64,000 nucleotides of DNA from Syncephalis fuscata S228 (Eukaryota > Fungi > Zoopagomycota), in the NCBI GenBank assembly GCA_025786725.1, contig JAHLTZ010000017.1, positions 372,001-436,000 of the forward strand, given 5' to 3'. The notes below the pieces were generated by a model. That model was not told where the DNA came from. It saw nothing but the letters and a program-made list of their open reading frames with translations, and did not search any database. Positions within the stretch are counted from its first letter, which is position 1, and each line of letters begins with the position of its first letter. Both the position numbers and the translations under genes were made by a program. Below, one piece after another: positions 1 to 12,208 of the stretch.

Positions 1-28
1 AATATTAATACAATGTTTATTTCATTAG

Positions 29-261
29 TCAATATCCAGCTCAAATCAGGTAATTGACCAACTAATCCAACTATCATCTATACTGATGTTTAAATTGGTC
101 TCAAGTATTTGTTATTTTTATTTGCATTCTTACTAGTATTGGTGGCGTTCCCTATAACTTACTTGTAAGTAGTTTAGTGCCAATAATAACGCCTATTTAT
201 TTATTATTTAATCATCATATTATATACATCTTATTTTTACTATAGTAATACTAGCCATTAA
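29..261 (+). CDS. 3' end of an unidentified spliced gene ending in a hydrophobic segment (partial)
   Basis: Donor GTAAGT at 165 and acceptor TATAG at 241-245 join to read ...SQVFVILFAFLLVLVAFPITYFNTSH* (TAA 259-261). The upstream acceptor is unclear. Confidence 0.3.
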
Positions 262-985
262 TTGACGTCACATCTACGTTATTATTTTGTTTAGCCTTAT
301 TATGATGCCCCAATAATTATTTTTTTCTTACGGATTTATCTATTTTCTAACGGTAACAATGCAAATTCTCATTGTTCAAGGCACGATTATTAATTTAGTA
401 ACATCATTGAATTTAAACATTTTAAAGTCCGATCATGGAATTCTTTAGCGCTTAATAAATTTATCGCTATTTTAATTTAATATAAATATTATCTCAGATT
501 AAATTACTACATTGCCCAATTTGGAAATTCTATTTTTGGCACTTTTACAGGCTCTTTAGTATTACGTGAATTTCTTGTAAACCAAGATAGCTTAAAAATT
601 ATCATTTGGTCCGATATGAAAACCACCCATGGTTTTAATAGCCAAGTCAATAAGTTGATGAGAACGATGCGGTCTTTATAATGCGTATGCTCTTTGCAAC
701 TTTGCCTTGCTTTCCTAATATTCCTATCTACTTTTTTTCAACTCAAACCGTCTACCTATTGCTAGTCAACTATTATCCTGATAGCTATACAACTGCCTAA
801 TACACTATCATCAGGATTATTGCTGTATTGTACTAGATACATACATATATATATATATATACATCTATATCGATAATCAAATCTGTTATTACACTTTATT
901 TCGTATAATACATTGATCTCTTTTAATCCGTTGAACTAGATACTGCTGGGCTAGATCTGAATTATTTGCTTTTCATAAACTAATC

Positions 986-3690
986 ATGCGACTTTTATCA
1001 ACTATTATCTCTACTCTTTCATTACTGGCGGTAATACAGACCAGTACGACAATTGGTGGTCCAGTGGGTCGTACAAGCTCAAGTAAGCAGTCGACTGCAT
1101 TACCACGCCTTTTGGCACGCGATACACCTATAGAAACCGTTATCAATGATCAGTCGACCGTTGTGGCCGAGCCCTATAATACATACGTTATCGAGTTTGA
1201 CGTGGACTCGGAAGTTTCTTCAAGCGACGCACTTAGTAATTTTCGTGGACAGCTCACTGCAGCCAATATCACCTACACTGAACGATATGTCTATAATACA
1301 GCACTGAAAGGCATTAGTTTGCAAACAACAAATGACCAATATCGTCAACTTAGTTCACTGGGCCTGGTCAAGAAAATCTGGCCTGTACATGTGGCAGTCA
1401 GTTCACCGGCTGTTGTTGTCGCCAATAGCCAAGTCAATCAACTAAGCCTGGTACATCAAATGACCGGTGTTACCAAAGTACAAACCAACCTTAAACTCAA
1501 TGGTAGCGGCATTAAGGTTGGCATTGTTGACTCTGGCGTTGATTATCGCCATCCAGCACTGGGCGGTTGTTTTGGTGCTGGGTGCCGTGTTGCCTACGGC
1601 TACGATTTCGTCGGCGATAAATTCGATGATACAAGCATTCCTGTGGCCGATAATGACCCTCTTGATACTTGCAGCGGACATGGCACTCATGTTGCCGGCA
1701 TTATTGGTGCCAACAGCGCAGTGGTAACAGGTGTTGCACCTAATGTTATTTTCGGTGCCTACCGTATTACTTCATGCAGTGGTCAAACATTTTCTGATAT
1801 CACTGTGGCCGGTATGGAACGTGCCTACGCCGATGGCATGGATATTATTAATCTATCGATGATCAGCGAGAATCCATGGCCCACATTTACAACGGCGCTT
1901 GCGGCCGAACGTATAACAGCTCTTGGTGTGCACGTAGTAGGTGCCGCCGGTAATAGCGGTTTACTTGGACTATGGCTAGAAAGTGCGCCAGGTGCAGCGC
2001 CAAGCGCTATGTCAGCCGCATCTTCCGAGAGCTCAAAGTATATGGCCTCGGTATTTACTGCAAGCACCGATCCGGACCGTGTTGTTGAATATGTTGCAGT
2101 AACAGCTGGTCTTCCATTGAATTTTACCGAAGTTGGTGTAGGTATTGCTCGAGGTAATTACCCGGCCAATGATACAAGTAGCGACAGTGCTTGTACACCA
2201 CTTACTGGCAATTATAGCAATATTATTGTTGTTGCTAAACGTGGCAACTGTTCATTTGACACGAAAGCACTTAATGCGCAGAACGCTGGCGCACGTCTAA
2301 TTGTCGTATATGACACAAGTGAAATCGCAACACCACCAGCCATCGACGATCCTAGTGTGACCATTCCATTGATAACCATTCCAAACTCGGATGGACTTGC
2401 CCTTTTAGCAAACATCAATGCTAATGGCACGGCTGTCAATATTACATTTGCATCCGAACCACGTCTTACCGATAATCCTGAAAGCGATTCTATTTCTACT
2501 TTTTCATCTTGGGGCCCAAGTCCTTATCTTGACTTTAAACCGGACATCACTGCCCCGGGCGGCAAGATCTATTCGACCTGGCTTACAAACGCTGGCAGCT
2601 ATGCGACATTAAGTGGCACTTCGATGTCATCGCCATATGTTGCTGGTTCAATTGCACTTTATTTGCAATACAAAGGAAAGGCTCAGTCAACGATTGCTAA
2701 AGTGCGTCAAGCTTTCCAAAACGCAGCCAGGCCCATACTTAATACTAAAGGCGACAAATTATACGCATCGACTGCGCGGCAAGGCAGCGGACTTGTCGAT
2801 GTCTACCAAGCATTAGCCGGCTATACACGCGTATCTCCGGCTCGTTTGGCTCTTAATGATACTGAACATGCAGGCACGACTAATCTGTTTGGTATAACAC
2901 GCTCATTTACCATCTACAATGACGGTTCGCAAACACGTACCTATAAGATTACCCATCGACCAGCAAATCAGTACGCAGTCTCGAATCGGATGGCAGTGCG
3001 GCTGAACAGCCATCTTTAAGCAACTATACAGCTGCCGTGCTTTATTTCCCGCCTATTGTTATCCTTGCACCTGGTAGCTCGTATACTGTCGATTTAACTA
3101 TTGTACCACCTATTATGTTGCCTGCTGCCGAGCGATGGATCTACTCGGGCTACATTATTGTTGATCCTAAGCCGTTTCCGTCCATTCTTATCCCCAGTGG
3201 TGTCGTCACCGAAAATGCTGTTCATGTTCCGTACATGGGCATGAAAGGCAACATGCATGACATTCTTCCACTTCAAGCAAAGGCAAATTATGTTAAATTG
3301 ATGAATCTACGCGATTGGCAAGAAGTACCGGCCGGTCAGAAAGGAACTTATACGTTTACATATTCAGATTTTCCAATGATGTATCTTCATATCGAGTTTC
3401 CAATCCGCCAAATCTACGTTTATCTTTATGATGCGGCAACTAAAACTAAAATTGGTACTTTGCCTGATGCCACGACGACTGATTATGCAAGAAATGATCG
3501 CCAACTCTTCCCTGTGGCCTATGTGGTTTGGTATGGATCAATCGAATCGGCTATTAATGGATCTATCAGTCAGGTTAAAAGCGGTGAATATTATCTTCGA
3601 CTTGCTGCGCTGCGTCCATATGGCGATGTTAAGAATGATGCCGACTATGACTACTGGCAGTCACCAAACATTATTGTTAAACGATCTTAA
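986..3690 (+). CDS. Secreted S8 subtilisin-like serine protease (signal peptide, I9-like propeptide, S8 domain with PA insert, Fn3-like C-terminal region); intronless; one probable assembly frameshift
   Basis: Catalytic motifs GIVDSG, GHGTHVAG and SGTSMSSP; PA motif KRGNCSFDTKALNAQNAGA. Adding one A to the run at 2965-2967 fuses the ORFs 986..3019 and 3037..3690 (PAKSVRSLESDGSAAEQPSLSNYTAAVLYFPP). Confidence 0.92.
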
Positions 3691-3919
3691 CTCATTTTTA
3701 GTTTAATACTTAATAAAAACAATCTCTCATATATTATTGTAAGTTGAATTAAAGTTTTAACTAATTAATGGACTTAAAGTTATAAATTATTTTTACAGCT
3801 AAGTTAATTGTTGAATAAAATGAAAAAAATCATGCATATAAAATTTTGATTAAACAAAATTAAAATAAAACCAAATGTTTATTACTAGGATTTGGACAAC
3901 TGAATGAAAACAGCTAAAT

Positions 3920-5953
3920 TCAGATTTGTAGTAATATAATGGCATCATTAATTATAAGTTGAGTAAACCGGTGCATTGATCGGTAGTTGATATGCGAATG
4001 AACTAGACGGCAACTACTTAGAGGTCTTGCCGTCCCAAATGTATATCTAAATGTATAGATTGACAATTCAGTCGTACTATCAATAGCAACGCCTTCGATA
4101 AACCGGTTAATCTATGTTTATAAATTTATACAACAAAATTCATGTAGTTAGTGTTTAAATTAATTATTATACAAGTGTCGCTTACTTTCTATTAATATTA
4201 GTTATTAAATATATACACCGGATGGTATATGTTTAGTGGATAGTTAATTAATGTATAGTGCTACTTACATCCTATTAGTCATTAAAAATACAAATTGCAT
4301 ACAATATGTTTAATGTATAATTAGTTACTATAAACGTTACTTACTATCTATTAATATAAGTGATTAAACATGTATATAGCATAACATATGTTTAGTAATA
4401 GTTAATTAATTAGTGTATAGTGCCACTTGCATTCTATTGGCCATTAAGCGTACAAATTGTATACAATATGTTAGTGTATAGTTGTTTATTAAAAAGTTAC
4501 TTACTCCCTATTAATACAAGTTGTTAACCATACAAATTGTATAACATGTATTTAGTGGAGGTTTAATTAATGTATATTGTCATCTACATCCTATTAATCA
4601 TTAAACATACAAATTACATACAATATGTTTAGTGCATAATCAATTATTATAAATGTTACTTACTATCTATCAATACGAGTATTATATATATATATATATA
4701 TATAATATATATATGTTTAGTAGATGGTTAAATGACGCTTAGTGTCACTTACTTCCTATTAATTATCAAACATACAAATTGTATGGTATATGTCTAGTGT
4801 GTAATCGATTATTATACAAATATCGTTTACCTCCTATTGATACAAGTTATCAAGCATACAAATTGCATGAAATGTGTTTAGTAAATGGTTAAATAATACA
4901 TAATGCCACTTACTTTCTATCAATTGTTAAATATGCAAATTGTATGTTATATATTTAGTGTATAATCGATTATTATGTGTTACTTACTCTCTATCAACGC
5001 GAGCGGTTATAAATATATATATCAATATTATTAGTGTATAGTTAATTATTATTTAGATGCCAATTACCTCCTATTAATATAAATTATTAAACATACAAAT
5101 TATGTATTATATGTTTAGTAAGTGTTTAATTAATGTACAGTGCCACTCACGAGCTATTAGTTATTAAGCATACAAATTGGGTGATATATATTTAGTATAT
5201 GATCAATCAATGCGCAATGCCACTTACTTTCTATCGGTCATTAAATGTACAAATTGCATGGTACATTTTTAGTTTACAGCTAATTACTATACAAATCCCA
5301 CTTACCAACTATCGATACGAGTAGTTAAATATGCAAATTATACGATATATTCTTAATGTATATTTGATCGTTATACAACCATCACTTACCCACTGTAATG
5401 CAAATTATTGAATATACAAATTATATGGTATTTGTTTAGTTTATGATTAAGCAATGTACAATGCCACTTACTAGCTATCAGTTGTTAAGCATATAAATTG
5501 CATAATGTATTTTAGTGCATGGCTAATTAACACACAGCAGCACTTACGAACTATTGTTATTAAACATACAATTGCATGGCATATTCTTAGTTATGGTTAA
5601 TTTTTATATAAATGTCACTTGCAAACTATTAATACAAGTTATCAAACACACATATTACATATTATGTATTCAGTAATAATTAATTAACATATAAATGCTT
5701 AATTACCTTCTATTAATGGCAACCCAGTAAATAAACGTAGCCCATAGCATACTCTAATACACAGATAATTAATGTAATGTCACTTACGATCTATTAACGT
5801 GGTTTTTCAGTGTATACATTATTTAATTAAGTGAATGACTGATTATTGTAATACGACATACCACGACGGCTAGAGTCGGCATAGCATCCACCGTAGCTGT
5901 GATGACTACCAAGGCCATAAAATGGTACATACGACGCCAATAGAAAACTTCAT
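3920..5953 (-). CDS. Candidate secreted-peptide micro-exon gene: signal-peptide exon, 21 three-nucleotide exons and a terminal exon
   Basis: Exon 1 is 5953-5862 (MKFSIGVVCTIFMALVVITATVDAMPTLAVV after adding one T at the run 5919-5922), donor GTATGT. It is followed by 21 units of YAG|NNN|GT/GC-donor between 5790 and 4186. The terminal exon starts at 4111 after ATAG. The end coordinate given is the phase-0 stop (TGA 3922-3920). Confidence 0.7.
4112..5861. repeat. Degenerate tandem array of about 74-89 bp units (each unit is an intron plus a 3-nt exon)
   Basis: Plus-strand motifs CACTTAC-NNN-CTAT, TTAAACATACAAATTG and ATGTTTAGTG recur once per unit in 21-22 units. Confidence 0.9.
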
Positions 5954-6088
5954 GCTGGTATTGATTTGTTAAAATAAACAAGTAGAATGAACAATGCAAA
6001 ATGCTAGGAATAAAATGAACAATGCAATGGTTTTGCAAAAGTAGAATGCGATGATGCTATCACTGGGTAGTTGTGTGTATTTTGTGGG

Positions 6089-6101
6089 CTATTTAAATAT
6101 A
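6089..6101 (-). promoter_or_regulatory. Possible TATA-like element of the micro-exon gene
   Basis: TATATTTAAATAG on the minus strand about 135 nt upstream of ATG 5953. The AT-rich background makes this weak. Confidence 0.25.
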
Positions 6102-7299
6102 CGTCTGTCCTAGAGAATTAGAAAATGTATTCTATCGCCTATACCCTTGAGGTGCAATGTGGCCAATAAAGTGAATTCACATAATAGCTAGAAGCGCGCG
6201 TACAACAATATACCAATGACGTAGCAGTATGCAATCTAGCTCTTTATTCTAAACATGTTCGGCAATTACACAAGTGATTCAACAATGTAAATGATTTAAC
6301 ACATATGTTGTAAAATATGTTATCGACTGTTCTTGCGCGGTTACACAATTCAGCAATGGCGCGCAAGCTCAATCTACTAGTTTTCCAAAACAAAAACAAT
6401 AAACTGTTGCACCTTTGATGTTGCCTTTGGTGTTATTTTCGCCGACAAATTCAGTTTCTAATATATTTATGAACATTGAAAAACACGGCTGCAATTCACT
6501 GGCACAAATAACATAATAAGATTGTATTTATTTACAATTCTTTAAACCACAAAAATGCACTGATCAGTTTTTCATGAATTATCTTGACATTTAATATTTG
6601 ATTATGAAAATGAACGGTTTATTTTTAGTATTGTACTACCAAATACTGCTAAAGGCTTTATCGCCAACAATTGATTGTTTTTATCAATTATTCATCGTTG
6701 TGTAATGCATTCTAATAATAAAACACTAGATTCGAGTATCAACGTCATCGATTCTTTGTTTATAAAGTGATGTAAAGGCAATAGAAAGCACCCACTAGGC
6801 CATCCTAGTTAAATATAGCTGATTTTGGGTGTACAACAGTAATATACGACATATCAATTGGCGACAATGATGTAAAAATAGTCTACTTGATAGTAACTCG
6901 ATGGAATAACCTGTTTTATTATGATTGTCATGGTTTGCAATAAGTGGACGTAGCGAATTGCATTGTTTTGAGTTGGACTAAAAGTTTGACTAGTCAACGG
7001 CTTTTAAAGGTATACGGCATTTTTATATTTAGAATACATTACTTAGGATATACCAGCTTCATGTTCAATATAATATTTATTATTAAATGTAATTATTAAT
7101 AAATTGTCTAATATGTTATTTGTGAAAAGCTATCTTTATTTAATTAATAAAAGAAATAATAATAATATATAATACTAGTTGTAATACAAAATCAAGTAAC
7201 TAAACGGCGTGTTAAAACGGCGTGAGAATAAACATAATGATCACTCTCGATAAACAGACACTGTAACAAATGAACGGCCTTCAAAAAAAAGTTATTTTG

Positions 7300-8799
7300 T
7301 CACATTGACCATAGATTATCGGTGGCAATATGTTCTTCAGCTAGTTGAACTCGACGACGATTCATTCTAGCTATCATCGTACGTCGTAAATCCCATTTAT
7401 GCGTCTACATAGCACCAGCAATACATCAGCCACTAATAAACACTAAATCATGATTGATTTACCTCAAAATCTTGCCATGCTTGTTGTCGAGTAGCATCAA
7501 ATACCGCGTGAATATTATGAAAGGCGCAGTGTCTGCGATACTCGGCCAGGCCAAGCTGTGTCTTATGACGTTCTTTGATGGGTGCTAATTGTGATTGTAG
7601 GATAGGATGCGTCCCTGCTTGTGCCAATGCAATATCCTGCTCTATCCGTTCCAGCATTACTTGTCGCATACTGTAATCGTGCCATTAGTCTATAGAATGC
7701 ATAATAGATTATTTACTTACCGTGTTTGAGTAATGGCCAATAACTGCTCCAGCTGATTCATATCTGATACAGCTGCCTCATCAATATCTGACGGACATTC
7801 CTCTGGTTCATCATTATCGTCTAATACAATTAGCTATTGTTGCTATACTAATAAAAACTTACTCGACTTTAATGCAGACCTCGTTTTCGACGATGACCGT
7901 GTATGACGAGATCGACTAGTATTGTTGCCGTCACTGTTATTATTAATATTATTAATATTATTGTTACTATTATTATTATTTTCGTTCTCATCGTCGGCAT
8001 CGTCGTCGTCGGCATCAGCATCATTGGCGTCGTTATTAACGCCACGATTTGATTGGCGAGCGTGGTAACGTCGTTTATTCAATGCTCGTACATCAGAGAC
8101 ATCCGAATCTGATAAATTATTTACTAATTCCAGTGGTTCAAGAATATTTTCTGGGGATACATCAGCCGTGTGTGTATTAAATAGCGGATGTCGACCGCGT
8201 TTTCGCTGACTCGACGTGGCCGAGGCATGTTCAGTATCTGAATGAGAAGAATTTGCATTATTGCTCGTCGTAATTGTAGCTGTTTCATAACGATGCGAAC
8301 GAAGTCGACGAGTACGCGTTGATCGCCGCTCTCCGCCTTTGCTCTTACCACTCACCAGTGGCTGATGGCCCAAGTCCTTTGCTGCAGACGTACCATGACC
8401 ACTATTAGTACTGGTAATGACTGTAGTAGCATCAGCTTGACTGCCTTCAGTATCAGTGACCGACACTTCCGACAATTCACTATCATCACCATTATCGTCT
8501 ATAAAATAAGATGCTGCCGCCAAGGGTAAGTAGGATGATGAAGATGCTGATGATGATGAAGTGGCAGTCAGCGTGTTACGTTTGTGTGACAAACAGGTCG
8601 ATTCACTGTCTAATGCATTGGCAGTATTTGGTGGCATTGTGGAGTCATCAACATCATCTAAACCGACAATATCGACCAGGTCCGTTTCTCGCTCTATATT
8701 TGTTGTTAATTCAGACGGCGACAATGAACGATGTGTGACGGCAATAGCCGTAACTCGACGACGTGTTAATCGAGCAGATGGTGTAGGTGCTGTAATAGT

Positions 8800-8843
<44 letters not shown>

Positions 8844-9165
8844 AAACACTAGTGGCCCGACTATCTAGCAAGTTTAGTAATTTGGCATCTTTCTCATTAA
8901 GTAAAGCTTTTGTATGAAGTCCATCTTTACCACTTGAGCGTGTTGCTAGTGCGGTCGTTGCTGTTGCTGCTGCTGCTTTTCTTCCACTACGACGTCGACC
9001 ATACTTGCTATGATTGCGACTGTCACCTCCATTGCCGCCGTTGCTATTAGGCGTTGAGCTACTCCCGTTGCCAGCAGCACCTTTACTGCTAGAAGTACCA
9101 CTGGCCGTATCGGCATTATTGAACCGTCGTAGTACGGTCGCTGACACAGAATAAACCTGTGACAT
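7300..9165 (-). CDS. Sds3-like (Sin3/Rpd3L HDAC complex) protein with a long disordered N-terminus, paralogue A
   Basis: Exons 9165-7863, 7820-7721, 7670-7463 and 7404-7300. C-terminal coiled coil (MRQVMLERIEQDIALAQAGTHP...WQDFETHKWDLRRTM) resembles the Sds3/BRMS1 region. Confidence 0.7.
8799..8839 (+). repeat. (GCA)n microsatellite encoding poly-Ala in Sds3-like paralogue A
   Basis: Direct gcagcagca run. Confidence 0.9.
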
Positions 9166-10474
9166 TGTAGAAACAAAAGCAGACTACATCTCATGGAGTC
9201 AGTCACGCTTACTGCTATGGCTGGCTCGAGTACACCGCAGCCATACTACCTACCTGTAGAGAAATGACCGAGACTAACGACTAAAACTACAAGTATAACG
9301 CGAGTAAAAGAGAAACAGAAGGCAGTGTAAGCAAAGAAGGCAGACTAAGAGTACAGTATAATAGTGCAAATACGATAAGGAATAAAGGTGTGAATATGTA
9401 GCGTGTGGTAGTGGTGACAGTTTAAAGGTTGAGGAGCAAGTAAGGCGAACACAACAGCAGCAGTAGTCTATGTATTCACATTTACCACCAGAATAATAAC
9501 ACACTACTAATATGAATATGACTATTAATGTCACCATTACTATGGGCATAGTTATTAAATGTGCTCTCGTTTATTTAGTGTGAAAACCATGTCCTCTCCT
9601 TTTCTCAATTGACAGTATTCAGTCAGTCAGTAGTTCATTTACTTATTATTTAATAACTATTTGTAAATCCATATTTATATTTCTCGCTATCTATTTCTAT
9701 AAGCCCAATCTATCCGCTACTCTATTCATCCACTCTCTTCGCTTAAATGAATATTCTCTCGTTCTTGGTTGCTCCCCCTTGTATCTACAATCATAATAGT
9801 GGACCTATCAGTATCCACAAGGTTGTCACCAACGTGTGACGGCTATTCCAATCATCGTATCCCTTTTATGGATATGCATTTGCGTATGCGTTTATACTAT
9901 TCGTTTACTTGTTCTTTCTTTTACCCTCTCCTTTTCTTTGTTAGTATACACTGCTGTTGAATATATTTGTCTATTTGTCTGTATCCATTTATATCTATTG
10001 ATATTGGTATAGAAATAGAATAATATATTATATTGAATTATTTTAATAACTAGTACTACAAGTATGTAAATATATAAATATATATATACATATATATATA
10101 ATACACATATACATATATGTGTGTTTAAATCTTTATTTTGAAATAGTTATAAAAGCAAAGATAATAACAACAATCATTGAAGCGTATATATAGATATAGA
10201 TATGAATAGAAATGACACAAGTGTAGATAAAAGGTGTTGTTATTGTAATGGTACAGGTTGGTATTTAGTATTTACCAAGTGACAAAAAGCGCAAAGTAGC
10301 ATTAATATAAGGTTAAAGCAGCCAGCAAAAGAAAAGAATGAATATGGTGGCAATAATGGTCAATAGATGGATGACAGGCGAGTAAGTGGTGGATGTATGT
10401 ATGATGTATGAATGTATATATGAATGTAGCAATGTATGAAAATAGCAAATTAATAGCTGTGCGTATCGATTGCT

Positions 10475-12208
10475 TCAAGGACCGGCACTAGATCGTGCAT
10501 CATAAATAGGTCCAGGCAATGGCTCTAATGACTTAAAACGTTCCTCGGCCAATTGAACTCGACAAGCATGTAAACGTTCCGTGATAGATCTTCGTAATGC
10601 CCATTTCTGTGTCTAGAATAGGCCATGATAGGTTAATTAAATGATAAATAAAGTGATTTAAAAATACTTACTTCAAAATGACACTCAGCCTGTCGTTTTC
10701 TAGCTTCAAACATATTAAGTGCATTGGAGACAAGATGTCGCCGTTTTGCCTCTACAGTACGCATATTACACACATGCTTTTCCTCTACACTCGGTAATTG
10801 ATCGAGAAATGATGGATGATTTCCTATAGGTACATATACATATATAGTTGTTAGTATTACAAATGCCATTACTATTGCAACTATTTAAATAACTTACCTT
10901 CACGAATCAATTCTTCTTCTTGTTGCAGTCGTGTTAACTTCTCATGATATACTCTAATAGCAATTAAGTCATCAAACCAGTTTATATTATAATCACTAAC
11001 TTACCGTTTCCGTAAAAGACAGAATGCTTGCTCTAATCGATTCATATCGCTGATCGCTTGTTGTGCACCTTAGTAAATATTAATTATTTGAATTATTAAA
11101 TAAAACTACCAGCTAAACTATAACATTGCTTACCTTCTAACATTTCACCCTCTTGTTCTACATCTTCAGCTTCATCGTTCGAATGTGATGCACCGGGATT
11201 GCTACGGCCGACATCAATCGACTCGCTCCAGCTACGTCTTGTTGCGCGAGCAGATGGTGTACCTGGTGCTGATCTAGTTTTAAGTGTTGTTGCATTCGAT
11301 GCAGTAGCAGTTGTCGTCGTATTATTACTATTAGCTGAGCTGTTAAATGCTGCTTCTAATAAACTGCCGGTAGACTGCTGTTTACTAGCCCGTGTACTTC
11401 TTCCACCTTTGGCACGACCACGTTTCCCTGTTGAACGTCGACCAACGCCATTCGTGTATCCATTAGACATGGTTTGTGTATCGGTTCGAGAGAATAATTC
11501 TTCAGCTGGATCAGCTACTGAATTAGTCTCGTCACCTTCCTCGTCGTCACCTTCATCGCCGTCCTCTTCTTCCGTCGTATTGACCGCTGATTCTCGGTTT
11601 GTTTCACCGCGTGTACTTACAGCTACACGTTTCCGTGATCCATTGGTGGCAATTGATTGACGTGGCTTTGTTTTTAAATTCTTGGTGCTTTTTGACGGCA
11701 ATGGCTTGGGCGGTTCAGCCTTTACCACTGTATTTTCCTTTTCTGTGTGACCATTGACTGTACTATTATTACTATTATATGGATATAGCTTCCAGGCCGG
11801 TTCCCAGTCATCCAGCTCCTCGTCACTATCAAGCGATGTTAACGGTGATGATATCGGTTCACTTAAATCATGATCCAGGCCTGATACAGCTAGCATTGCC
11901 AAGTTGACCGAAGTCAGTGGCGCTTCCTGTGACCCATTAACATGATTTAAACCGGCTGTGGATGGACGATTGGCAGCTATACTTGACGAGTTACTTGTGG
12001 TGGTCATAGTTGGTGGTGCATTATTGCTATTGTTATTAGTACGGCTTTGTGGCTCGTTAGACGGCGGTATATCAACACTTTCCGATGGGCCTGTAGAATT
12101 CGAATCCATCATACACTTTAATGACGGTGTTGGTAAAGGGGAAATCGGCTCGGATCGTGGCAATGAATGTGGCGACACAGTGATTGTCGCGCCATTCACA
12201 TCCACCAT
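10475..12208 (-). CDS. Sds3-like protein with a disordered N-terminus, paralogue B
   Basis: ATG 12208. Spliced C-terminus reads AISDMNRLEQAFCLLRK...YHEKLTRLQQEEELIREGNHPSFL...HFETQKWALRRSITERL...; TGA 10477-10475. Confidence 0.7.

Noticed and set aside
5747-5757. Possible 1-nt exon (TAG|A|GTATGC) that would shift the array into phase 1
   Set aside because: It would need 34-nt and 43-nt introns, shorter than the others in the array; unsupported without cDNA.
4112-5861. CRISPR array or plain satellite DNA
   Set aside because: The context is eukaryotic, there are no identical repeats with unique spacers and no cas genes. A plain satellite would not keep AG-N3-GY intact in all 21 units.
5823-6038. 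71-aa ORF as listed in the track
   Set aside because: Non-ATG start and it reads into the intron. Only its middle part is the second half of the signal-peptide exon.
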